A stretch of 64,000 bases of DNA from positions 46,996,001 through 47,060,000 of the forward strand of contig CM060733.1 of the NCBI GenBank assembly GCA_030704615.1, read 5' to 3'. Positions within the stretch are counted from its first letter, which is position 1; each line of letters begins with the position of its first letter. Under the pieces are notes generated by a model that made no database searches, was not told the DNA's origin, and worked only from the letters and a program-made list of their open reading frames with translations. Source of the stretch: Takakia lepidozioides. Taxonomy: Eukaryota > Plantae > Bryophyta. Positions 31,312-45,200 of this stretch are shown one piece after another. Made by a program: the position numbers and the translations under genes.

Positions 31312-34300
31312 GTGGCAGAGCCAACGGAGAGTTCAGACTCTCCAACACCATTACAGTTGAGTTATATGAGTGAAGAAGAAACCCAAGGGCAGAACTTGGA
31401 GGATGAAAACAGAGAGAAGAAATTGGAAGAGGAAGAGTATGAAGAAGTAGACCCAACAGCTGAGGTTGAGACTACAACCAGGACATCCCAACCCGTTGGA
31501 CCTGGATCAAGTGGAGCACTTGGATCACAGGGCAACGAAGGTGTCCGCTCAGGGGGATCAGGCGGGCAGCCTGGATCTGGCTCTGGGGGGACAGGGAGTA
31601 TGGGAAGTAGTGCAACTGGAGCTGGGAATACTGTGAATATCGTGGGGCCAGTAGCAGGGAGTGCTCAGGGGCCACCACTTGGTGGAAGATCCACCACAAA
31701 AACAACAGGTCGTCAAGGACCAGCACTAGCAAGGGGGCCAGCATCTGTCAGTGGGCAGAAGGTAGGGCCACAGATGGCGTTACAACCAACACGGGCAAAA
31801 CCACCTTTCCCGATATATTCAGGAAAGGGGATCCCGATGTATACATTAGCCAATTTGAGCACATGTGTATTGTGAACAATGAGAATGGCAGGATGCCAAG
31901 ATGAGATTGTTTCCTTGTTCACTTATCAAGAAAGCAAGTGAATGGTATGCAAGATTCCCTGATAATCATTTCCTAACCTGGAATGGCTTGAATACAGCAT
32001 TCCGAAATAGGTTCAGGACAAGTAAAACTGAGGATGAAGTGTAAGGAAGTTTACAACAATTAAAGCAAAAGAAGCATGAAACTGTTGAGGAGTATATGGA
32101 AAAAATGGAATTGATGATGAAAAAGCTGGCTGTTGTACCAGCACCAGGTTTACAGAAGACTTGGTTTGTGAGGGGACTAAGACCAGAGTTGCAGAAGAAA
32201 GTGGATATGTTACCCCATAATACAATGGAGGAGGCATTTGAAACAACGAACAGAATTGAGCAATTGGGAATGCTCAGGAGAGAGAAAAGGGATGATGAGG
32301 ACTCTGAGGACGAGTCAGATGAGGAAGAAGAGCAAGAACTGAAAAGGAAGAGTAAGAGGAAGGAGAAGTTGAAGAGGGATAACTATGAGAAAAGATTAGA
32401 AGAAATCTTGAAGAAGTATGCCACAGAGGCTGCAACACATTGAAGGAAGGGTGTTTGGTGTGCAAAGTGCCAGAATGAAGGCCATACCACCACTGAATGC
32501 CACATGAAGGAGAAACATTGTACTATCTGTAAAATGGATAACCATTCTACTGAGAATTGTTACTACAACAGAAGGACAGCAGCTAGAGAACCTAGGCAAG
32601 TAAGGGTGCATCAAGTGCAGCCCCAGCCAAGAAGAAACAGTGATCAGGACCACTATGGTAGGCCTGGTGGTTATAACAATGGCATGGAAGGGAGAGGTAA
32701 TTCAAGAGGGAATTACCAAGGGAATTCCAGAGGCAACTATCAGGGTAATCCAAGGGGGAATTACCAGCCAGGGAATCAGGATTACAGAAATAATCCTAGA
32801 GCAGACCAAGGGCGAGGACCCAATGGTGAAGAACTGTGTTACTATTGTAATCAGGCAAGCCATCACAAGGCAGCCTGTCCATTCTGGATTAGACACCAGA
32901 ATGAGATGAGAGCTCTTGTGAATGAGGGCCCAGTGGTGGCAGCTCACATGGTTAGGCCATGTGTTGTACCCGAAGTAAGTACAATGATAGTAACGAGAAG
33001 TAAAGCCAAACTAATACCTCCAGTAGTTGCGGAAGATGATGATAATGAAGATGGCAGTGATGTGCCTGAAGATGATGAGGCTTGGAGAGATGAGAAAGAA
33101 CTGCACAAAGAAGTGGCAGATACCATAGGGAAATGCAGAAGAGTACTGATATTCCTATGGCAGATTCCTCTGATTCTGATGGAGAAGAAGAAGTGAGTGA
33201 GGATAAAAGGAAGAAAGAAGCTGTAGACATGCAGAGTAATGAAGGGACTTTGGCTGAAGTAATATGCCAGACCAAAGCAGAGATTACCATTGGACAGCTA
33301 TTGGATGTGGCACCTTATTGTAGACACAGGTTGTATCAGGCAATCAATCAAATTGCCCATGTGACAGGAAACACAGACCTGAACAGCAAGGTGACCAGTT
33401 ATAATGTGAAGCCGGAAGGGCGAGAAACAGTCATGGACTTTGATGATTCTATGCCAGTAATCCAATTGAGAATTGGAATCACAGAACTAACTGATGTACT
33501 GATAGATGGAGGCTCTGGAGTGAATATCATGACAGACCAATTAAGGCAGAAGCTTGGTCTAAGTAACATGAAACCAGCCCCATTTACAGTAACAATGGCA
33601 TATCAAAGAAGTGTACAGCCATTGGGATTGATAAGAGGAGTTAAGATACAGATTCAAAAGATGATCTTTATGATCACAGTAACTGTGTTAAAAATGGATG
33701 AAGTCATGGAAGCTTACTCCTTATTGTTGGGACGTCCATGGCTGAAACAGGCTAGGGTATTCCATGACTGGAATTCCCAGTTACTAACTGTGCATAATGG
33801 GATGCACAAGATACAAATTACCACTAAGAAATCTAGTAGATTACCTGCTACGAGAAGACCCCGAGGGGTCAGGGAGTATGACTGGAGGGGAGGACTGGAT
33901 GAGGAGCAGGAAGCTACTCTGTTCGCTGCATACCCAGAGTGGGAGCAGGTTGCAGAGATGGAGCTGGAAGGCCTAAGTTGTTTAAAAGGTATCTGTTGTG
34001 GTGTAGTGACAGCAACACCAATTGAAGGTGAAATAAGCAGTTACCCACCACATTTTTATGAAGAAAGAGAAGGAGAAATGGAAATCCTAGAGGAACCAGC
34101 CACTGTGAGTTTACAGGATGAAGTGGTGACTGGTTGGACAATCACGGCTGATGAGCAGGTGAGAGAAGCGAAAGTGGGAACTGAAGAGGAACCGAGGATG
34201 GTGAAGGTAAGGGCTGATTTGGAGCCAAAATTCTTTGAGGAAGCTAAGAGTTTGTTCATCAAATACAGAGATGTATTTGCTTGGAGCTACAAGGATCTAA

Positions 34301-36608
34301 AAGGGATACCACCTGAGATCTGTCAGCATAAGATTGAATTGGAACCAAGGTCAGTACCAATCAAATAGGCAAGGTACAGAATGAATCCCAACTATGCACA
34401 GAAGGTTGGAGAAGAGATCAAGAAGTTGGCTGAGGCTAAGTTTATATACTCGATAGAGTATACAACTTGGTTGTCACTCATTGTGATAGTTCTCAAGAAG
34501 AATGGTAAACTGAGAGTTTGTGTGAACTATAAGAAGTTGAATGCTTGCACGAAGAAAGATCATTTTCTTTTGTCATTCACAGAAGCGGTATTGGACACTG
34601 TGGCAGGCCATGAGATGTACTCATTCATGGATGGCTTCAGTGGTTATAATCAAGTGCAAGTGGCAGAAGAAGACCAGGGAAAGACGGCTTTCATCACAGA
34701 CTAGGGTGCTTATGCATACAAAGTCATGCCTTTTGGACTTTGTAATGCACCAGCAACCTTTCAGAGAGTGATAAGTGAATCTTTTCATGAGTATCTAGAT
34801 GATTTCATGCAGGTGTTCTTGGATGATTTCAGTGTGTACAGCTCTAAGAATGAGCACTTGCATAAATTGGAGTTATGTTTGGCCAGATGCAGGATGAGAG
34901 GTCTGGGCCTGAATCCAGAGAAGTGTACTTTCTGTGTGAACTCATGGGTGCTTTTGGGACACATTGTGTGTAAGAGGGGACTTCTTGTGGATCCCAGGAA
35001 GACAGAGGCCATTAAAGCCTCTCCACCACTAGTAAATGTTAAGAGTCTAAGGAGATTCCTTGGACAAACCAGTTATTACAGAAGATTTGTCAAAAGTATG
35101 CACAGATAGGAGCACCATTGAGCAAGCTTCTGAAGAAAGATGCAGTGTTTGCATGGACAGCTGAATGTCAACAGGCTTTTGAGGAACTTACATTGTGAGT
35201 AACAACTACACCTGTGCTGATTAACCCTCACTGGCATGTAGTATTTCATGTTCACTGTGATGCCTCAGGAGAAGCGTTGGGAGCGGTGTTAGCCCAAAAT
35301 GTTACAGGAAATATAGATTCACCGGTGTATTATGCTAGCAGGTTGATGAACAGTGCTGAAAGGAACTATAGCACAACTGAAAGAGAAGCACTGGCAATGA
35401 TTTATGCAGTCAAGAAATTCAGGCATTACCTATTGGGAAGAAAGTTTATGTTTTATGTGGATCACCAGGCTCTGATATATCTGGTGAACAAACCTTTGAT
35501 AAGTGGAAGGATAGCAAGATGGTTAATAATCTTGGACAAGTTTGAGTTTGAAGTTGTTTACAAGCCTGGCCATTTGTATCTTGTGGCAGATTATTTGTCA
35601 CGCCTAACAACAGGAGAGCCCGCCACAGGAGTAGACGACCAATTGCCTGATGCGAGTTTATTTGCAATGGAGGTGCAAGGAAGTGCAGATGAATGGTTAG
35701 ATTGGTAGTGGTCAATCAGATACTACCTTACGCATGGTCAGTGCCCACCTAGTTATGGTAAGGAGCAGAGGAAGAGAATCGCTATCAAGGCTTTACCTTA
35801 TACTATGGTAGGAGGCAGAATGTATAAGCTAGGACCTGATGGAGTACTTAAACGATGTTTGTACCACCATGAAGTAAATAAAGTTTTGGAGGAAATTCAT
35901 AAAGGAGTGGCTGGAGGACATTTTGGAGAAGAGACTACCAGTAGGAAGATACTACTTGCAGGTTACTGGTGGCCTACTTTGTTCAAGGATGTACACAAGT
36001 ATTGTCAGAGTTGTGATGAATGTCAGAAGCCAGGACCCTTGCAGAGATATGGGAAGATGGCTTTGCATCCTACGATGCCTACTGAACCATTTCAGAAATG
36101 GGGACTAGACTTTGTTGGACCAATTAACCCACTGGCCAAGAATACACATAACAAGTATATAATTACAGCCACTGATTATACTACGAAGTGGGTGGAAGCT
36201 AAAGCTCTGAGGGACAACACAGCTAAGTCCACAACAAGGTTCCTGTATGAGAACATACTTACACGATTTGGCTGTCCCTTGGAATTTATCAGTGACCAGG
36301 GAAGTCACTTCATTAATGAGACCATTGAACTATTGACCAAAGAGTTCATGATTGTGCATAGGAAGAGTACAACATATTACCCACAGGGTAATGGGCAGGC
36401 AGAGGCTACCAACAAAATACTATGTACTATCTTGGCTAAGATAGTCAATGCAAACAGAACGGATTGGGATACAAAGTTACTGACAGCTTTGTGGTCATAC
36501 AGGACTTCATATAAAGTCGCCACTAAGTATACACCATTCCAATTAGTTTATGGTATGGAAGCTTTACTTCCAGTGGAATCAGGGAGAACAGCAGCAAGCT
36601 CACCATGA
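31312..36608 (+). pseudogene. gag-pol (gag, CCHC knuckles, aspartic protease, RT, RNase H, integrase), disrupted
   Basis: Knuckles CTICKMDNHSTENC and CYYCNQASHHKAAC; protease LIDGGSGVNIM; RT MPFGLCNAPATFQR...FLDDFSVY; RNase H CDASG...EREALA; integrase HKGVAGGH...CDECQ...WGLDFVGP...SDQGSHF...GQAEATNK. Multiple stops and frameshifts are present, and the integrase ends abruptly after LLPVE. Confidence 0.93.
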
Positions 36609-37629
36609 TGACCCTTAGCAGGCCATGCTTATGAGTTCCATAAGCAAGACACTTAATTTGTTTGGCACTTATGTGAAATCCCATGTTCCATCTACCCAAT
36701 TGGCAGTTTTGAGGGAGGAACTCAGGAAGGAGTTTGAGGCTTGACTTGCCACTGAGTTTGCAAACAAGGTCGATGAGGAGGTCAATCTCAAGTTACAGCA
36801 AGAGTTAGAGGATACAAAAGCTGCTTTGCAGTTGGCCAAGGAACATTTGATTGAAGCAGGCCTCGCGGAGGACCAGTTGCACAAAGCACATAAACAACAG
36901 TTATACCAAATGCAGGTAAAGCATGAGGGCAAGTTGCAAGAAGTGAATGCACTACATACAGAGTTGCAGGCAGTACATGAGAGGATGACCATACAATGTG
37001 CTACACTCACAACTACTCTTGAGCAAACTGCATTAGAAGTTAACAGACAAGGGGAGAGATGTATAAAGGCAGAGGCAGAGAAAGTCGAGTAGGCGAAACT
37101 CATTGTAGATATGAAGAATACAATCTGTTGCAATGAGAATACTTTCAAGCAATACAGACAGGTTGAAGCTGACCAAGAGAGGTACATCCTGGAGTTGCAA
37201 CAAACGGTCATGGTAAATAGAATTGAACTCTCTGTGGCTAACAAGGCTTGGAAGGAAGCCAATAATATGGCTGCTGCCTATGCGAGTTTGGTTGAACCTC
37301 ATGCGAAGCGCATGGAGGCTTTACAGCAGCAGTTAGATGTGTACAGGCTCACAGAGGAGTAGACTCTCAGGGGTGCCACACGCAACTTGGTGGATAACCA
37401 CCTTATGCAGGTCTGGTTAGCATAAGGGCCGGTGAAAGGCAAAGCACCACGGAAGCTCACCCAGGGCGAGATGAATGAGCTCAGGCTGCAGGTGCAGAAC
37501 ATTGCCACAACTACTATAGACAATGTCTATAGTAGCATAGCGGAGCTATAGGAGGATGTAGAAGGCCTGCAGACTCAGGTGGATGACCTGAGTTCAAATA
37601 TTGACAAGAGAGTCTTTATACCTGAGGAG
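36609..37629 (+). pseudogene. Retrotransposon 3' extra ORF, N-terminal coiled-coil half (interrupted by element A)
   Basis: E/Q/L-rich heptad-like frame with several stops. It ends ...DKRVFIPEE and joins QLMATYLQART at 52514 in frame once element A and one TSD copy are removed. Confidence 0.7.
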
Positions 37630-37869
37630 GAGGTTTGCTATTTCATGAGCATGAGCGGCATGAGCAGAGTAGTAACACAATCGGTTTTCATGAGCAGAAG
37701 TACAAATTTCGAAAATAAAAAACAATAAAAAACAATAAAAAACAATAATTTAATGCAATGTGTCAGAAAAAACAAATATATTATTCGGCCCCTTGAAGGG
37801 AAAATTGCACTTTTGACAGTTGTGCTCATGATATTTTGTCTTCCGCTCATGCCAATTCCTAGCGACATG

Positions 37870-38235
37870 TGCAAATATGGCGCCGAATTTCGCGGTAATA
37901 GGGTCCGTAACCTGAAAAAACGGCGACGTATTTCGCGGCAATAGGTCTCTCTGGCGAAAAATGGTGCCGAATTCCGCGGCTATAGGTCCCCTCATGACAG
38001 GTAATTCGGCGCCATTTTTCCAGTGCATGTTCGGACTTAGCCAGTTTTCGGCCCAAAAAAGAGAAATTCGGCGCCATTTTTCCAGACACGGTACCAGTGC
38101 ATGTTGGGACTTAGCCAGTTTTCGGCCCCAAAAAGAGAAATTCGGCGCCATTTTCCCAAACACAGGTACCAGTGCATGTTGGGACTTAGCGAGTTTTCGG
38201 CCCCAAAAAGAGAAATTCGGCGCCATTTTTCCAGA
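37870..38235. repeat. Left subterminal repeats with AATTCGGCGCC core
   Basis: Three ~70-bp units of the form CAGTGCATGTTGGGACTTAGCCAGTTTTCGGCCC..AAAAGAGAAATTCGGCGCCATTTT, plus isolated GGCGCCGAATT sites. Confidence 0.85.
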
Positions 38236-38390
38236 AATGGCCCCAGAACTGCTTCTGTTGGATCTCAGTTTGAATGGAATATTGCCTCATTCCAGGAGTT
38301 TTGGGGTGCATTTCATTACACTGCAAAAAAAAAGTCTGATACAGCAAAATGCATTTGAAAATATCCATATGGAGGATTCCGTTTGCCCCA

Positions 38391-41300
38391 TCAATGATTT
38401 CTGGAATCCCTAAGAAGGAGTTTGTGCAGCTCGTTCACGCTCAACGCCGGTGCATGAATAAAGTCATCAATAGTCACGTTCATCCTCAACCTCTTCAGGT
38501 AAATGTAATACAGATGCTTGCACGGATAATACTTCGAACCCTTCTTTGCTTCCATCAACGAGAAGTCCGTACAGTTGCAAGTCGGCTCCACTCCAATCGT
38601 AATTGTGTATACATCGTCGCGTACAGCCGAGCCGGCCGTTGCCATCCGATACACACGCCCAAGGCCGGGTGGGGGTACGTCCACGGAGCTCTGAATAGTG
38701 CAAGCCATCCCAAGAGCATTGGCAATCCGAGTCTCATTCAACTTGTTGGGAGGGTGTCGTCTCTTCACTCTTCCGAATCGCATTGTGGGATGTGCAGAAT
38801 TGTCCAATCCGTCTCTACTGGACCGAGCAGTATGCAATGGCTGGGTCTGAGGAACCGGAAATGCGTGGGCCGGGATGTCTGTGCGTTGCACCATTCGAAA
38901 TCCTGCTGCAGATAGAGCATCCGCCTCATTCTGAGAGAGGCTGCAACCCGGTGCAACAGGCCAGACGCCCGGAGGCTCCGGCATTCCCTGAATCCCGTAC
39001 TTGGGCTTGCCAAATACACAGGTCATTATGTCGTGCCTACAGAACCAAAATGTCTGCGTTGTGGCGTGAGCAAATGTGGGAGTCAAAAATCTGCCGCTGA
39101 AACAAGGTGCAGGTACAGCACCGTGTGGGTTCCTCCGAATCATCTCACCACAGCGTGCTCTCGTATCCACCCGGATGGCGCAACACTTCCCTCGAAATGC
39201 CGGCAATGTCCTCGCAATTCTCCACTGTGACTCCGACACTCTTGTCTCCACAATGGGAATGTTGTATTGCTTTACTACAGATGGCTCGTTATGTTGCCGG
39301 GGCACGCGCCCTGTGCTCAAAGGAGATGGCGATCTTGAACGTGCAGGACTTCCGGTGCTCGACGAGACCTCCTCGGACAACATCACCGGACCACGAGGGA
39401 GCGTGCGAATATTCTTGTCAGCTCGCCATGAATCCTCTTCTCCGCCAGGTGCCTCGTCAAGTCTTCGTCTCACTGGACGGGTATGAACATCTCCTTCCAA
39501 ATGTTGGCCTCTTCGCAGCAATGGCGTGTCCCGAAGGCCCTCTCGCAAGGCCGCCGCCCACTTCCGAGGATTCTTCGATCTGGAGGCAGTCCGCATCAGC
39601 ATTTCCTGCCTGTCCGGCCCCAAGCCCCACTGTTTCCCTTTCAAGAACTCGTTGTACCTGCATTGCTGCATAATTGACCTCACAATGTCCTCCGTTGTGG
39701 CAGTGAGGATGTCCACCAGATGCGCCGCAGAGGAGGCACGCCAGGAAGAGTGCACTGATTCGGCCATGTTTGTCGTGGGCATGTCGGTGTCGGAGTCGAG
39801 ACACATTTCCTGCACAAGCACATGTTGAGGTTACAAGCAAGTTACAAATATGGCCAAGAATAATATCCAACGGGACGCGAATTCGTGCAACTCACCTCCC
39901 GCATATAGTCGCCGAACTGGAGGAAACGATAATGCCACCATGCTAGCCAACTGACCATTGCTCCTTCGTCTGATTTCCTTACAGCACCTGACGATGTCCA
40001 CCAAGCCCGTATGCATGCAAACTGTGTCTCTGCATCATCCAAGGTGGGAGCGCGCTTCCACGCAAGGCACATGGAACGGTGCTCCTCTCTGAAATCTGGC
40101 GCCACGAGCCTGGTTGTGTACTGCGAAAGGCTCTGCAGAAAGTGGAACCCACAAGATCTCTCCTTGCCTTCCATGGGAACATTGGGGTCTTGCCCGTACA
40201 CCCTTCGGATGGCAGCCCAATTTGCTTGTGCGTTGTCCGCCATGAAACCACGGAAATTGGGAGGGGGCAATCCCGCCTTGGCCATCTGTTCGTTTATTCC
40301 CTGCCAAAGAAGCATCTCCGATTGTGTGTCCTCTCCTTTCATCTCACAAATAGCAATTGTCATTAGCATCCTGCAGTGGGTGTCGTAGACATGTGCACCC
40401 ATTGTCACCCACTGGTGATTTGTAATTCGCTTGATATGGTCGAACATGACCCAACTGTTTGACAAGTTCCCACTCGTCATCCTGTCGACCAGTTCGACGC
40501 CACTGCCAGGTCCACACGTGGACATTTTGAAACAACGATCTGCCTCAGTCCCTTGTCCTGGAAACCTACTTCCATGAATGTAGTCATATCCACATCGTCG
40601 CTTCACCTCCAGAATGGAGTGCATATCCGAGCCACGCCCAATTTTCTGTTTGCAAGAGACAATGTGGTTTCGGACATTCGGTGAACATACGTGGGACACC
40701 GACTCGAGCAATGCCTCCATTTCCTTCTCGTCGAGAGGAACTCTATCCGAGCCGTCTTCCGACATAATTCTGGCCAATGCCATCTTATGGGCGGCTTGGA
40801 GCTGTATCTGTTTGGGTTTGGCACCCGGTCTCAACTTAACCTCCTCCTGAACGAGCTGCTCTGCTTCGTGGGCAGCCTCCCGCGAGTTCCCCCTCGCCAA
40901 TTTGTGACAATGGGAACCAACGTGTATGCAAGCTCGGGTGAGGTCAGGGAAACGGTGCAACACATAGAACTGCTTGGCATTACAAACAGACATGCAGTGT
41001 GGTGGTTCTTTGCAATGCGCACACTTAAATGTGGAGTTCGGAACCTTCTCCTGAGCTCGAAATGGTTGGTGAGCTGTGCCTGTCCAATCGGTCTCGTTCC
41101 TGTGACCTCTGGATTTAAAGTGGAAGCAAGTTGGGGAGAAACACCGCAACGCGCCCGCACAAACAACGTAGCGCACCCGCACACCATCAAGCATCTTCAT
41201 GCTGGTGGTTTTGGTAACGCACCAAGGATGACCGTCATGTTTTCTATCCATATCTGTCAACATTCCGGACGCCCTCGAGTAGTCCGCCCGAGGAGGGAAC

Positions 41301-41977
41301 TCAAAGAAGACATTACCGTCGACGTCGGCGGGAAGGCATGTAACCGATTTAATTGCGAACTTGCTGTAGTCCAGCCCGGCCAGCTCCGACCGGTGTCCCT
41401 CCAGGTGAAGCCCTCGCAGAATTTCTAGAATAGATCGAACTGCGGTGCTCGTGCTGGGAATATGACTCCCTCCTCCACTGACGTCCATTGAGGACTTGCC
41501 TGATCTCCAGGACGACCTCGGAACTTCCATGACCTCGTCTGAGTCGGACAGGTTGTGAACAACCCGGTTCTCGGTCGTCTTCATGGATGGGTTCGGCTCT
41601 GGATTTACTTCGTTGCGGACTTCTCTCTTTGAGGTACCCACTCTCTGATTCGCGGATTGTTTCGTGGAAGGCGCCAGGATAGACGGTGCATTTGGCGGGC
41701 AAATGAAGTCCCCAACAGCCCTGTATATGACGCTGTCCGATGGTGGAACTCGCCATTCCCTGCCATCGCCGAAATCATCGTGGAGCACAACAATACTCTC
41801 GACAACAAGGCCGTTTGAGTCCTTCCTTTCCTCCTCCAAAAAAACCGACCCCGGTTTCAGGTGGTATCGAACGCACAGATATTTCTCCATCACCCGGCAG
41901 GTGTCCCCTCTGCACGGAAATGAAGCTCTATGCTCGTGAGGAGGGCAGTACACTGTAGCGCTCGGGTTTTCCGCCAT
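38391..41977 (-). CDS. MULE transposase with GCM-like DNA-binding domain, DDE core and SWIM finger (2 exons, ~1166 aa, apparently intact)
   Basis: Exon 1 is 41977-39896, followed by an 86-nt GT-AG phase-0 intron and exon 2 at 39809-38391. GCM-like region: DGHPW...CAGALRC...CAHC...C..C...HVGSHCH. Catalytic core: D1 WVMFDH, D2 FMADNA, CxxH (CGFH), E in TTNMAESVH. SWIM finger: CNC...CKH. Confidence 0.9.
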
Positions 41978-42279
41978 GGGAGATGTGCACACAAGACTGC
42001 CAGGATGGCGTGCGGGGAAGCTCCCTGGTAGAAGGGGGTGCAGCGATGGGAATGAATGCGATGCCGATTTGTCCGAGCGACGAAGCCTGATCCAAATCCA
42101 GGGAGCCAACTATCTCAAAAATCCACAGTCAGAGTGTTAATGAACCTTGTCTCCGGAATGCGGCCCCTCGTCTTTGCGCAATAACTGCCAACGGTATGCA
42201 GTCAGAAAGTGGGGGGCCGTCCGGATGATGACGGCTGAAGGGGATAAGCCGGCACCGTGCCGTCACATTACTACCCCCG

Positions 42280-45200
42280 AATGGAAATTCGGCACCCAAC
42301 ATCCAACAGAGGAAGCCCGGATGAAGTCGCCTCGGGCGCAGAGGCCGGAGTGTGTGCGACAGATAACATCTTCTGGATGGAGATTCGGCGCCGAATTTCC
42401 ATCCGGTCCCCCCAAAGGGAGTCGTGTCGGGGGGTCAGGCCGAAAACTGGACGGCATAAAAACATCCCCAGATGGAAAAACGGCGCCGAATTTCCATCCG
42501 GGGCGATTCGGATGCAGTCGGGGAGGGGGGAGTGGCCTGCAGTTGGCTGTCACATTTCAACCCCCGGACGGAAATTCGGCAACGAATATCGAACAGGGGA
42601 CGCCCGGATGAAGTCGCCTGGGGCACAGAGGCCGGCCAGTGTGCGACAGAGAACATCCCCTGGACGGCCATTCGGCGCCGAATTTCCATCCGGGCCCCCC
42701 CAAAGGAAGTGTTGTCGGCGTGTCAGAGCGAAAACTGGCCGACATAAAAACCTCCACAGATGAGAAAACGGCGCCGAATTTCAATTCGGGGCCGTTCCAA
42801 TGAAGTCGGGGAGGGGGGAGAGGTCGGAACCTGGCAGTCATATTTCAACCCCCGGGACGGAAATTCGGCACCGAATATCCAACAGAGCGGCGGAGAGGCG
42901 GCACCTCTCCGACAGAGACCATCCCCCGGATGGAGATTCGGCGCCGAATTTCCATCCAGCAGGTAAGTGGAATCTCGGATGGATGGAGATTCGGCGCCGA
43001 ATTTCCATCCTGCAGGTAATTCGAATCGTGGATGAATGGAAATTCGGCGCCGAATTTCCATCCAGCAGGTAAGTCGGATCGGTGCCATATGGATATTCGG
43101 CGCCGAATTTCCATCCTGCAGGTAATTCGAATCGTGGATGAATGGAAATTCGGCGCCGAATTTCCATCCAGCAGGTAAGTCGGATCGGTGCCATATGGAT
43201 ATTCGGCGCCGAATTTCCATCCTGCAGGTAATTCGAATCGTGGATGAATGGAAATTCGGCGCCGAATTTCCATCCAGCAGGTAAGTCGGATCGGTGCCAT
43301 ATGGATATTCGGCGCCGAATTTCCATCCTGCAGGTAATTCGAATCATGGATGAATGGAAATTCGGCGCCGAATTTCCATCCAGCAGGTAAGTCGGATCGG
43401 TGCCATATGGATATTCGGCGCCGAATTTCCATCCTGCAGGTAATTCGAATCGTGGATGAATGGAAATTCGGCGCCGAATTTCCATCCAGCAGGTAAGTCG
43501 GATCGGTGCCATATGGATATTCGGCGCCGAATTTCCATCCTGCAGGTAATTCGAATCGTGGATGAATGGAAATTCGGCGCCGAATTTCCATCCAGCAGGT
43601 AAGTCGGATCAGTGCCGTATGGATATTCGGCGCCGGATTTCCTCGCCATTTATTTCTGAGCGAGGAATTACCTTCGTGCAGGTAATTCCCATATAAGAAT
43701 TACCTTCGTGCAGGTAATTCGCATACAAGAATTACCTTTGTGCAGGTAATTTCCAGATGACAATTACCTTCCTGCAGGTAATTCCAATCGATGTTTATTC
43801 CTCGTCCAGAATTACCTGCACAAAGGTAATTCTCATCTGGAAATTACCTGCATGAAGGTAATTCTTGTATGTGAATTACCTGCACGAAGGTAATTCTTAT
43901 ATGGGAATTACCTGCACGGAGGTAATTCCTCGCTCAGAAATAAATGGCGAATCGAAATTCGGCGCCGAATATCCATATGGCACCGATCCGACTTACCTGC
44001 AGGATGGAAATTCGGCGCCGAATTACCTGCTTGAAGGAAATTTGGCGAACCGCCCTACCTGCGCGGATGGAAATTCGGCGCCGGATTTCCATCCGCGCGC
44101 ATCCGAATTACCTGCTTGAAGGAAATTTGGCGCACCGCCCTACTGCGCGGATGGAAATTCGGCGCCGGATTTCCATCCGGGCGCATCCGAATTACCTGCG
44201 CGGATGGAAATTCGGCGCCGGATTTCCATCCGCGCGCATCCGAATTACCTGCGCGGATGGAAATTCGGCGCCGGATTTCCATTTTGGCGCATCCGAATTA
44301 CCTGCTTGAAGGAAATTTGGCGCACCGCCATCCTACGCGGATGGAAATTCGGCGCCGGATTTCCATCCGCGCGCATCCGAATTACCTGCGCGGATGGAAA
44401 TTCGGCGCCGGATTTCCATCCGCGCGCATCCGAATTACCTGCTTGAAGGAAATTTGGCGCCGCCCTACCTGCCGGATGGAAATTCGGCGCCGGATTTCCA
44501 TCCGCTGAATTCGATGCGCGCGATGGAAATTCGGCGCCGGATTTCCATCCGCGCGCATCCGAATTACCTGCTTGAAGGAAATTTGGCGCACCGCCCTACC
44601 TGCGCGGATGGAAATTCGGCGCCGGATTTCCATCCGGGCGCATCCGAATTACCTGCGCGGATGGAAATTCGGCGCCGGATTTCCATCCGCGCGCATCCGA
44701 ATTACCTGCTTGAAGGAAATTTGGCGCACCGCCACCTACGCGGATGGAAATTCGGCGCCGGATTTCCATCCGCGCGCATCCGAATTACCTGCGCGGATGG
44801 AAATTCGGCGCCGGATTTCCATTTGCGCGCATCCGAATTACCTGCTTGAAGGAAATTTGGCGCACCGCCATCCTACGCGGATGGAAATTCGGCGCCGGAT
44901 TTCCATCCGCGCGCATCCGAATTACCTGCGCGGATGGAAATTCGGCGCCGGATTTCCATCCGCGCGCATCCGAATTACCTGCTTGAAGGAAATTTGGCGC
45001 ACCGCCCTACCTGCGCGGATGGAAATTCGGCGCCGGATTTCCATCCGGGCGCATCCGAATTACCTGCGCGGATGGAAATTCGGCGCCGGATTTCCATCCG
45101 CGCGCATCCGAATTACCTGCTTGAAGGAAATTTGGCGCACCGCCCTACCTGCGCGGATGGAAATTCGGCGCCGGATTTCCATCCGGGCGCATCCGAATTA

